Shown here: positions 8,714 through 16,664 of the stretch, one piece after another | Numbering within the stretch: position 1 is the stretch's first letter | Layout: each line of letters begins with the position of its first letter | Source: Pseudomonadota bacterium | GTDB taxonomy: Bacteria; Bdellovibrionota; FAC87; UBA2466 | Length of the DNA stretch: 17,943 nucleotides | NCBI GenBank assembly: GCA_043718025.1 | Contig: JAYSWN010000219.1 | Coordinates: 1-17,943, forward strand | Direction of reading: 5' to 3' | Translations under genes and position numbers: made by a program | Notes under the pieces: model-generated | What the model saw: only the letters and a program-made list of their open reading frames with translations | Told to the model about the DNA's origin: nothing | Databases searched by the model: none

Positions 8714-8906
8714 TCATTGGCTCAACGAGAAACCGCCGCCAACCGCCCACTATTCCGACTCGTCGCGCCAGCCGATTCAAGAACTTTCCATTTCAAAATT
8801 TGGGGTTGGCGGCGATCCGTTACGAGGCATCAATAAAAGAACCATTGAGTTGTCGTCTAGAATTGTCTCGGGTAGCTTCCCCTCTCAATCACTGTGGGGT
8901 TTTAAA

Positions 8907-10493
8907 ATGGGAATACTAGCAAAGACGGCAGATTCAATGGGGCGCTTAAGCGTTCCCCACCACGAAATCACAAATACAACTTGGGACGCCATTATAATCG
9001 GCGCGGGTCACAATGGCCTGGTATGCGCTTCTTACCTGGCACGAGCCGGTAAAAAAGTGTTGGTGCTCGAAGCCCGGCAAGTGGTGGGCGGGGCCGCAAC
9101 CCTTGAAGAGGTGTTACCCGGAATTCGGATGTCGCCTTGTGCCTACGTGGTGGGACTGCTCCATTCCAAAGTGATCACCGAGCTGGGAATGAAAGAGGCC
9201 GGTTTCACTTGGTTTCCGGCCGAAGGCGGGATGTTTGTACCGTTCGAAGATGGCTCTTCCATTCAGTTTTGGAACGACGATGCGCGCTGCGAGGAAGAGA
9301 TTCGAAAGTTTTCACCCAAAGAAGTTGCCGGTTGGAAAGCGATGAGCGCTTTGAAGCAAAGACTCCGCGATAAAATAAGACCCGAAGGAGACGGCGACCT
9401 GTGGATCGGCAACCCTCCCACGCGCGAGCAGCTAGAAGATCGCCTTAAGGGCGACCCCGAAGCCAAAGCGCTGATGTTTGACTGGTCGATGAACGAAATG
9501 CTCGAAAATTTTTTTGACGACGAAAGAATGCATCTAGCCTACATGGGCCAAGGGGTTATTGGCACTAAGGCCAGCCCTTTCACTAAAGGTACGGCTTCCA
9601 TTCACTTTCATCACGCATCGGGGCGAATGGGTGGCATGCCGGGTACGTGGGGCTACGTAAAGGGCGGCATGGGCATGACCTCCTTTTTGTTGGCCGACAT
9701 CGCGCGAACCAACGGCGTGGCGATTGCCACCGAGACTCCGGTTAAACAAATACTACCGGGTGAAGGCGTGCGGCTCGAAAGCGGAGAAACCGTTCGGGCG
9801 GCCGTAGTGGTTTCAAACGCCGATCCTAAAACTACGCTTAAACTCTTGGGCCCTGCCGCCGAAGCCGGCTGGAAAGCCAAAGTGGATTCAATCGCGATGA
9901 CCGGCTGTACGGTAAAGGTAAACGTGGCCCTGCAAGAGCTGCCGAACTTTAAGACCCGTCCGGGCACCAATGAGCCACACCACTTGGCGCAGGTAAATAC
10001 ACCGCTCACCAAGCAAGAGTGGAAAGATAGCTTTGCCGCGCAAGAACGCGGCGAGCTGGGCGCCAAGTTGTGGACCGAACTTTACTTTCACACCGCGTAC
10101 GACAAATCCGTTTCGCGCGATGACATTCACACCATGTCGGTATTTGCGCAGTACGTGCCTTACCAATTCGCCAAAGGCGATTGGGATAGCCGTCGGGAAG
10201 AGGTCGGAGATCTCGCTTTGGCCGCCTTGGCTCGGCACACCACCAATATTCCCGAGGCCGTACTGCACCGGGTGACAATGGGTCCGCCCGATATCGAAAA
10301 GAAAGTGGGGCTGCATGGCGGCCACATTTTCCAGGGTGAAATTTTACCCGACAACCTTTGGGAAAACCGATTGGGCGCCAAAACGCCAATGCCGGGAGTT
10401 TACCTTTGCGGCGCCGGCATTCATCCCGGTGGTAGCGTAATTGGCATTAACGGTCGTAATGCGGCCCAAGAGGTATTGCGCCATGATCACTGA
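8907..10493 (+). CDS. Phytoene dehydrogenase-like (PYROXD2-type) NAD(P)/FAD-dependent oxidoreductase
   Basis: Motifs DAIIIGAGHNGLVCASYLARAG, VGGAATLEE, WGYVKGGMG, VVSNADP, GGHIFQGE and YLCGAGIHPGGSVIGINGRNAA. Start reassigned to ATG 8907, with GGGG upstream. Confidence 0.92.
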   Translation: MGILAKTADSMGRLSVPHHEITNTTWDAIIIGAGHNGLVCASYLARAGKKVLVLEARQVVGGAATLEEVLPGIRMSPCAYVVGLLHSKVITELGMKEAGFTWFPAEGGMFVPFEDGSSIQFWNDDARCEEEIRKFSPKEVAGWKAMSALKQRLRDKIRPEGDGDLWIGNPPTREQLEDRLKGDPEAKALMFDWSMNEMLENFFDDERMHLAYMGQGVIGTKASPFTKGTASIHFHHASGRMGGMPGTWGYVKGGMGMTSFLLADIARTNGVAIATETPVKQILPGEGVRLESGETVRAAVVVSNADPKTTLKLLGPAAEAGWKAKVDSIAMTGCTVKVNVALQELPNFKTRPGTNEPHHLAQVNTPLTKQEWKDSFAAQERGELGAKLWTELYFHTAYDKSVSRDDIHTMSVFAQYVPYQFAKGDWDSRREEVGDLALAALARHTTNIPEAVLHRVTMGPPDIEKKVGLHGGHIFQGEILPDNLWENRLGAKTPMPGVYLCGAGIHPGGSVIGINGRNAAQEVLRHDH

Positions 10494-11571
10494 ACTAAAA
10501 ACCACCCTTCCCGCCAAATATTACGCGGATAAATCGCACTTCACGAAAGAGGTCGAACACTTCTTTGGAAAACGATGGGTCTGTGTTGGACGGGTCGACG
10601 AAGTCTCTGAAGTAGGTAGCTTCGTACAGAAGAAGCTCTTGAATGAAAGCCTTTTGGTGGTGAGGGGTAAGGATGAAAAGATCCGCGCCTTTTACAATCT
10701 GTGCCGGCACCGCGGCACTCAGCTGTGCCAAGAGTCAGAGGGAAAATTCTTGGGCAGCTTGCAGTGCCCGTATCACGCTTGGACCTATAACTTAGAAGGC
10801 AAGCTTACCGGCGCGCCGTTAATGGATAAAACGCCCGGCTTCGCGTCCGAAGACTGGCCGCTTCATCAGGCCCAATTGGAAGTTTGGGAAGGTCACCTCT
10901 TTGTGCACCTGGGTAAAAACCCAAAACCACTCCACGAACAGCTAGGCGTTATGGCGACCCGGTTCACAAACTGGCACATGGGAGACCTTCGGTTGGGCAA
11001 AAGAATTGTTTACGACATCAAAGCCAACTGGAAGCTCATTATTCAGAACTACTCTGAGTGCCTTCACTGTCCCGTGATTCATCCGGCCCTGGCAAAATTA
11101 TCGCCCTATTTAAGCGGCGACAATGAACCTGCCGAGGAAAATATGCTGGGCGGGCGCATGTCGCTTTACGACGGCATTTCAACGATGACGATGTCGGGAA
11201 AATCAAACCGTGCCCTGCTACCGCATTTGAACGACGATGAAAAACGCCATGTCTTCTACTACGCGCTATTGCCCAACCTGCTTCTGAGCCCTCACCCGGA
11301 TTACGTGATGACGCACACCTTGTGGCCGATCTCGAATGACGAAACCAAGGTGATCTGCGAGTTCCACTTCCATCCCGACGAGTTGAACAAGCCAAATTTT
11401 TCGTGCGAAGACGCGATCGAGTTCTGGGATCTCACCAACCGCCAAGACTGGGAAGTTTCAGAATGGTCACAAAAAGGGATTGAATCACGCGCCTACACTC
11501 CGGGCCCGTACTCCCACCGTGAAGGACTTTTGCACGACCTAGATAAAATAATTCTTTCCGAACTGAACTGA
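10483..11571 (+). CDS. Rieske non-heme iron oxygenase alpha subunit (choline monooxygenase/GbcA/Stc2-like group)
   Basis: Rieske ligands NLCRHRG and CPYHAW; mononuclear iron site NWKLIIQNYSECLHCPVIHP and QD. ATG 10483 has SD AAGAGGT and overlaps the previous gene by 11 bp. Confidence 0.92.
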   Translation: MITELKTTLPAKYYADKSHFTKEVEHFFGKRWVCVGRVDEVSEVGSFVQKKLLNESLLVVRGKDEKIRAFYNLCRHRGTQLCQESEGKFLGSLQCPYHAWTYNLEGKLTGAPLMDKTPGFASEDWPLHQAQLEVWEGHLFVHLGKNPKPLHEQLGVMATRFTNWHMGDLRLGKRIVYDIKANWKLIIQNYSECLHCPVIHPALAKLSPYLSGDNEPAEENMLGGRMSLYDGISTMTMSGKSNRALLPHLNDDEKRHVFYYALLPNLLLSPHPDYVMTHTLWPISNDETKVICEFHFHPDELNKPNFSCEDAIEFWDLTNRQDWEVSEWSQKGIESRAYTPGPYSHREGLLHDLDKIILSELN

Positions 11572-11578
11572 AAAGGAA

Positions 11579-11614
11579 GTTGAGTTGACTCGTTGAGTTA
11601 ACATTGGATAGAAG
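11579..11614 (+). promoter_or_regulatory. Repeat-rich candidate operator/promoter upstream of the catalase-like gene
   Basis: Direct repeat GTTGAGTTGAC (11579-11589) / GTTGAGTTAAC (11592-11602). TTGACT at 11585-11590 lies 18 bp before TAGAAG. Confidence 0.3.
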
Positions 11615-11643
11615 TGAACCTTCAATCAGTTGGGGGTTTACGT

Positions 11644-12741
11644 ATGAATTTTTTACTTAGTCTCGCTCTTTTATCGTCTATCAGTGCCGTCGCCGCCGAG
11701 GCGCTTCATCCACAAGAGTTCAAACCAAAGTCCGAAGCTAGAGACATCGCCAAAATCGTAGCCACGCTCGAAGCCGGAGTGCAAAAACAGTTCGACGAGG
11801 ATCAGAACAACCCCAAACTGGTCGAAAAAGACCGCGTCGCTAAGCGCGATGTACACGTAAAACATCACGGTTGCGTGCACGCCAAATTCACGGTGGCCGG
11901 CAAGCTGCCGGAAAAATATGCGGTAGGATTATTTGCCAAGGCAGAGACCTACGACGCCATCGTCCGTTTCTCGAACGGAAAAGAAATAGATGATCGCAAT
12001 GGTGATGTCCGTGGCATGGCGGTCAAAATTCTTGGCGTGCCTGGCGAAAAATTGCTTGAAGACGAGCGCGACGCCAAAACCCAAGACTTTCTTTTCATTA
12101 ACCACAACCGTTTTTTCATAAAAAATAATTCCGACTACGTGAAGTTCATCCAGCTTACCGGCAGCGGAAACCCGATGAAGTTTTTTATCGGTTGGAATCC
12201 TCTCGAGTGGCACGTGAAAGAAGCGCTCATTGTTCGCGAGATACGCAACAAAGTGGTGACCAATCCCTTGCAGAGCGACTACTTCACCACCGTACCTTCG
12301 CTGATGGGACAAACGCCGGCCAAGTTCTCGATGAAGCCGTGCAAAGGGCAAAAGTACGAAACGGCGCCGGAGCACAAAGACCGGCTTCAGAACGCCATGG
12401 CCGCCCAGTTACTGCCGGGTGAAGGCAATAAAGGCGTCTGTTTTGAAATGGGCGTGCAATTACAAACCAGCGCCCGCCAAATGCCGGTAGAAGACTCTCG
12501 CGAGGAGTGGAGCGAAAGGCTTTCTCCTTACCGCACGGTCGCCAAGTTAGACATCGAAGCTCAAGACTTCTTGAATGAGAAAGACGGCGAGAAAAACTGC
12601 CAAAACATTTCGATGACGCCCTGGCATTCGTTGCCCGAACATCGTCCGATCGGCGAGATTCAACGAACGCGCAAAGCGGCATATCAGGCAATTTCCATTC
12701 TGCGTCATAAGCTGAACAAAGCGACACGCATAGAACCATAA
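11644..12741 (+). CDS. Secreted small catalase-fold heme protein (catalase-related peroxidase/cAOS-like)
   Basis: Distal His in RDVHVKHHGC, RFSN, DVRGMAVK, QDFLFIN, and proximal Tyr in HRPIGEIQRTRKAAY. 365 aa with signal peptide MNFLLSLALLSSISAVAA and SD GGGGG. Confidence 0.88.
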   Translation: MNFLLSLALLSSISAVAAEALHPQEFKPKSEARDIAKIVATLEAGVQKQFDEDQNNPKLVEKDRVAKRDVHVKHHGCVHAKFTVAGKLPEKYAVGLFAKAETYDAIVRFSNGKEIDDRNGDVRGMAVKILGVPGEKLLEDERDAKTQDFLFINHNRFFIKNNSDYVKFIQLTGSGNPMKFFIGWNPLEWHVKEALIVREIRNKVVTNPLQSDYFTTVPSLMGQTPAKFSMKPCKGQKYETAPEHKDRLQNAMAAQLLPGEGNKGVCFEMGVQLQTSARQMPVEDSREEWSERLSPYRTVAKLDIEAQDFLNEKDGEKNCQNISMTPWHSLPEHRPIGEIQRTRKAAYQAISILRHKLNKATRIEP

Positions 12742-12769
12742 AAGGTTCGGTTAATTCGCGATTCTGCCG

Positions 12770-12802
12770 AAAAGGAAAGAGAACCCTCTCTTTCCTTTTT
12801 TT
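12770..12802 (+). terminator. Intrinsic terminator-like hairpin after the catalase-like gene
   Basis: Perfect 13-bp stem AAAAGGAAAGAGA (12770-12782) / TCTCTTTCCTTTT (12787-12799) with loop ACCC. The T-run extends to 12802. Confidence 0.65.
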
Positions 12803-13756
12803 ATGCGCACCACCCTATCTCTTTTATTTTCAATGCTCGCGGCGAACCCGCTTTGGGCAATTGGCTCGGTGGAATCTCTGGGACAAATGTGGGAGCCCAA
12901 CCCCGACCAGATGCTGATGCACCGGTTAAGCAAAATTTTACTCAATAACTCGAGCCGGTTTGTGCGCCCCGTTACGGAACCCGTCGTGGCCTCCACCTGC
13001 GTGCGAGCGCCCACTATTTCTGATTTCATCGATAGCCAAGCGGCCATTACCGCGGCGGTTCAAGCGCCGCCCTTGTCCAGATCAACGTTAAAGCGATCGG
13101 CCACTAACTTTAAAGAAATTTTTGCGCTCCTGCGCCAGACCCCTACCGGACGGGCCGTGCTGGCAAAGTTTGATCCCAAATTTGGCTTCGAAATCAAGGT
13201 GGAGCAGTTTAGCGCCGCCATGAAAACTGGAGAAAAAAGGCGAGCTTCGGCGCTCTTTGATCTGGAACGAAAAACCATTTTTGTAGATCGCAAAGAGGTG
13301 ATCGGTAATCTCGCCCCCATCTTTCTGCACGAGATCATTCATAGCCTTGATAAAGATTACACTCGGGCGGTTGAACGTGAGAAAGAGTTGTGGGGTGAGT
13401 TTGATAACGACCTCAACACTCTGCTTAGACTTGCGTCGCGACGAAAGAATAAGATTATTGAAAGCCTCGAGGAGAATGATTTTTCAAAAAAGGAAATCGA
13501 CGACATTGTGCGCATGAAAATTGCGATGGAGCAGTTTAGGGACATTCGCATCTACCGCGCGGAGCGGGTGGCGTACGACTTTTACTTTGAAGTGCTGAAG
13601 GAACTTGCCGAGCAGTATCCTGATTTCTACCTACCGAATGGCCGCCAAATGGCCTCGCTGCACCCCTTTGCCGATGACCAGCTGGTTAAAATTGAAGGGC
13701 TCTCACCCACCAGCATCACCAAGTACAAGAAAGGGCTTTGTAAGGCCTTTAAGTGA
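12803..13756 (+). CDS. Secreted hypothetical protein, putative HEXXH zinc metallopeptidase
   Basis: Signal peptide ends in NPLWA. TIFVD...LAPIFLHEIIHSLD (HEIIH at 13328-13342), with downstream RAERVAY as a candidate third Zn ligand. Confidence 0.7.
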   Translation: MRTTLSLLFSMLAANPLWAIGSVESLGQMWEPNPDQMLMHRLSKILLNNSSRFVRPVTEPVVASTCVRAPTISDFIDSQAAITAAVQAPPLSRSTLKRSATNFKEIFALLRQTPTGRAVLAKFDPKFGFEIKVEQFSAAMKTGEKRRASALFDLERKTIFVDRKEVIGNLAPIFLHEIIHSLDKDYTRAVEREKELWGEFDNDLNTLLRLASRRKNKIIESLEENDFSKKEIDDIVRMKIAMEQFRDIRIYRAERVAYDFYFEVLKELAEQYPDFYLPNGRQMASLHPFADDQLVKIEGLSPTSITKYKKGLCKAFK

Positions 13757-13900
13757 GCGTAGACCCGGCAATCGACTGTCATTGCAAGGCCATAGGCCGG
13801 AGCTTTAGACGGGGCTTGAGCTCGCCCTACTGACGGTTACGTTTAAGCCGCAATCGTGGCATTGATCCCGGGGAAGCCACTATGTTACTCCTCTGCATCC

Positions 13901-14824
13901 ATGTCGTCCTACGTTTCCATTGAACAAGCGGCCCATTGGCTCAAAGCCGGTGAGATTGTCGCCATTCCAACCGAGACCGTTTACGGGCTGGCCGCAAATG
14001 CGCTCAATTCTGAGGCGGTGGCCAAGATTTTTGCCACTAAGCAGCGGCCAACCTTTCATCCGTTGATCGTTCATGATTATTCGCTGGAAGCGGCAACCCG
14101 TTGGGTTTCCCTATTTCCTGACGAGGCCCTAGTCTTGGCTCAGGCCTTTTGGCCAGGGCCGCTCACCTTGATCTTACCGAAAAACGGGATTCCAGATTTG
14201 GTTACCGGCGGGATGAACACCGTAGGCATTCGCGTGCCCGCCCACCCGCTTACCTTGTCGCTAATTCAAAAATTGGGCTTTCCCTTAGCCGCGCCAAGCG
14301 CCAATCCCTTCGGAAAAGTGAGTCCCACCACGGCTGCACACGTACGAGAAAGTCTACCCCTTGTGCCGATTCTGGACGGTGGGGCTTGCGGGGTAGGATT
14401 GGAAAGCACGATCCTGGGATGGACCGGATTGCAATTTAAACTGCTGCGTTTGGGTGGCCTATCGGTGGAAGCCATCGAGGCTAAGATTGGCCCTATCGAC
14501 AAAACCTCTAGCGAAAAATCGATCGCGCCAGGGATGCTAAAATCTCATTATCAACCAACCGCGCCTTTGCGTTTTCGCGAGCCCGGACAGATTCCGCAAG
14601 GGCCGGGAATTGGTCTTTTGACCCTTAGTGGGGCTGGCCAAGGTTTTTCTAAAGTGGTTTCACTATCGACCGCCGGAGACCTCAATGAAGCCGCCGCTAA
14701 TTTTTTCGAAGCGCTGCGGGCCCTCGACCGCTGTGGGCTGACCGAAATTTGGGCCGACCCCATGCCCGAAGTAGGACTTGGCCGCGCCATAAACGACAGA
14801 TTAACCCGCGCCTGCCATTTCTAA
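13901..14824 (+). CDS. tsaC: L-threonylcarbamoyladenylate synthase, Sua5 (two-domain) type
   Basis: Motifs AIPTETVYGL, KQRP..HPLIVH, FWPGPLT, APSANPFG, GLESTI, linker APGMLKSHY, and Sua5 C-terminal AINDRLTRA. Start reassigned to ATG 13901. Confidence 0.95.
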   Translation: MSSYVSIEQAAHWLKAGEIVAIPTETVYGLAANALNSEAVAKIFATKQRPTFHPLIVHDYSLEAATRWVSLFPDEALVLAQAFWPGPLTLILPKNGIPDLVTGGMNTVGIRVPAHPLTLSLIQKLGFPLAAPSANPFGKVSPTTAAHVRESLPLVPILDGGACGVGLESTILGWTGLQFKLLRLGGLSVEAIEAKIGPIDKTSSEKSIAPGMLKSHYQPTAPLRFREPGQIPQGPGIGLLTLSGAGQGFSKVVSLSTAGDLNEAAANFFEALRALDRCGLTEIWADPMPEVGLGRAINDRLTRACHF

Positions 14825-14881
14825 ATTTATCCACGGTTGGGTAGATTGCGCCGCCGGCTATCCGCAAAGGCCGCGGGACAG

Positions 14882-15424
14882 TTAATCAAGCTTCGGCAGC
14901 TTCTTGGCGTTTACTAATTTACGGAGATCGTCTTTATAGTGGCGTACGCGATCGAGTACTTCATCGTCATGGGTGCCCAAAATCTGCGCCGCTAAAATTC
15001 CCGCGTTAAAAGCGTTGCCGATGGCGACGGTGGCTACGGGAACGCCTTTTGGCATTTGTACAATACTCAACAAAGCATCTTCCCCTTGAAGGGGACCAAC
15101 CGCGACCGGTACACCAATGACCGGAAGCTCGGTGAAGGCCGCAACCATTCCGGGTAAGTGCGCCGCTCCGCCGGCACCCGCAATGATCACTTTAATTCCA
15201 CGCCGCCGCGCGGAGGTGGCGAATTCAGAGAGCTCTTGCGGAGTGCGATGGGCAGAGACGATCGCCATTTCAAACGCCACACCAAACTGGTTCAAAGCGG
15301 CCGCGGCCTCTTTCATAAACGGAAAGTCAGAATCGCTCCCCATCACAATAGCCACCAGCGCTACGCCAGACTTAGTGGGCTTAGTCGATTTTTTAGGGCT
15401 CACTTTTTCGGATTTTTTTCCCAT
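14882..15424 (-). CDS. purE: N5-carboxyaminoimidazole ribonucleotide mutase (class I)
   Basis: Motifs IVMGSDSD, VSAHRTP, AGAGGAAHLPGMVA, PVIGVP and SIVQMPKGVPVATV. Start reassigned to ATG 15424. Confidence 0.97.
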   Translation of the reverse strand: MGKKSEKVSPKKSTKPTKSGVALVAIVMGSDSDFPFMKEAAAALNQFGVAFEMAIVSAHRTPQELSEFATSARRRGIKVIIAGAGGAAHLPGMVAAFTELPVIGVPVAVGPLQGEDALLSIVQMPKGVPVATVAIGNAFNAGILAAQILGTHDDEVLDRVRHYKDDLRKLVNAKKLPKLD

Positions 15425-16578
15425 TCCGTTTCCCACTCCCGTACCCACTTATCGACGCGTTCACAAAGAGAATCAAGTTCTGCTCGCGAACCGGCGCTCA
15501 AGTTGATGTGACCGATTTTACGTTTTGGTCGCACTTCCCGTTTTCCGTACCAATGAAAAGCTACCCCCACGGGGAGATTATGCGGCGTATAATCTGGCGA
15601 CCCCGTGTACCCCTTAGGCCCCAACAGGTTTCTCATCGCAAAAAATGGCTTGGTCTTGTGGCTCGCTAAAGGCAGCCTCAAAGCTGCCCGCCATTGATTT
15701 TCAAACTGGCTGCTGTCGGCGGCGTCTTGCGAAAAATGGGCTGAATTGTGCACTCGCGGGGCCAGCTCATTGATTAAGATCTCTGTGTCACTTATTTGAA
15801 AAAACTCGATGGCCAAGGGCCCCTCCCAATGAAGGGCATCCAAAACGCGGTAGGCAATGTCACGCGCTTTTTTTTCGACCGCCTCGTTAACACCAAGTGC
15901 GGTCGCCGGCCCCTTTACCCACCAGCAAATGCCCTCTTCTTGCGCCGAAACCACCAGAGGGTAACTGGCCTTTTCTCCCGAAGCGCTACGCCCGGCCACC
16001 AGCGCCAGCTCACGAATAAAATTTACTTTTTCTTCGGCAAAAACCAGGCTGCCCACCCGGCTTGCCTCTTTAAAAAAGGCGGTGATCTCCGACCGCGCGG
16101 TGGCGGCAGAAACCGGCAAAATGCCCTTACCATCGTATCCCCGGCTTCCCCATTTCAATACGTGGGGGTGAGCCGAAACCGAAGGGTCAGAAAAATATTC
16201 GTCCAGTGATGCAAATTCGCGAAACGGGGTGGTGGGAAAACCAAGCTCGACCAGCCAGCGCTTTTGATCGCGCTTGTGTTGCACTTGCGCGAAAGTATCG
16301 AGGGGTGGCGAAAACCGTACCGGCAACAACCGGCTTGCCCGACGAAGAGTCTCCAGATCAACAAATTCATTCTCAAAAACTACGAGCTCGCTCTGAGAAA
16401 AAACATGGCGTAAGGCGGCCTCGTCTTCCCAATTGCCGACAACGAAACTCGATGCCAGCTCAACCGCCGGCTCACCCTCATCTTGTACATAAACCGACGG
16501 GGTAAAACCGAGGGGTTTAGCGGCCTCCACCAGCATGCGCGCCAGCTGCCCACCCCCTAATATCGTTATCTTTTTCAC
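15400..16578 (-). CDS. purK: N5-carboxyaminoimidazole ribonucleotide synthase (ATP-grasp)
   Basis: Motifs ILGGGQLARM, FENEFV, GYDGKG, NELAPRVHNS, SQFE and HWYGKREVRPKRKIGH; adjacent to purE. Confidence 0.95.
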   Translation of the reverse strand: MKKITILGGGQLARMLVEAAKPLGFTPSVYVQDEGEPAVELASSFVVGNWEDEAALRHVFSQSELVVFENEFVDLETLRRASRLLPVRFSPPLDTFAQVQHKRDQKRWLVELGFPTTPFREFASLDEYFSDPSVSAHPHVLKWGSRGYDGKGILPVSAATARSEITAFFKEASRVGSLVFAEEKVNFIRELALVAGRSASGEKASYPLVVSAQEEGICWWVKGPATALGVNEAVEKKARDIAYRVLDALHWEGPLAIEFFQISDTEILINELAPRVHNSAHFSQDAADSSQFENQWRAALRLPLASHKTKPFFAMRNLLGPKGYTGSPDYTPHNLPVGVAFHWYGKREVRPKRKIGHINLSAGSRAELDSLCERVDKWVREWETEWEKNPKK

Positions 16579-16584
16579 GCTATG

Positions 16585-16613
16585 GTTCTAGCCGCCGGAG
16601 ACTGATTTGAAAA
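16585..16613 (-). promoter_or_regulatory. Putative leaderless purK promoter
   Basis: Minus strand reads TTTTCA-N17-TAGAAC-N6-GTG with no SD. Same architecture as the MAPEG upstream region. Confidence 0.35.
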
Positions 16614-16630
16614 TGCCATTTGCCGGTCAT

Positions 16631-16658
16631 TCAAAATCTAAGCAGAAAGTTCCGATAC
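16631..16658 (+). promoter_or_regulatory. Putative sigma-28 (FliA)-type promoter, leaderless
   Basis: TCAAA-N15-TCCGATAC-N6-ATG(16665), compared with the consensus TAAA-N15-GCCGATAA. No SD. Confidence 0.5.
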
Positions 16659-16664
16659 GACTAC

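Noticed and set aside
8568..8906. 113-aa N-terminal extension of the flavoprotein ORF
   Set aside because: It overlaps the GMC start on the opposite strand and spans the divergent promoter region. Family motifs begin only after ATG 8907.
14827..14835. DnaA-box-like TTATCCACG
   Set aside because: Single mismatched box in a 57-bp convergent gap, with no cluster or AT-rich unwinding element.
14882..16578. purK-before-purE order, detached from other pur genes
   Set aside because: This order occurs in other bacterial lineages and is not novel.
16579..16664. TPP or purine riboswitch between purK and the ThiL-like gene
   Set aside because: Only 86 bp, no recognisable aptamer motifs, and the space is taken by two candidate promoters.
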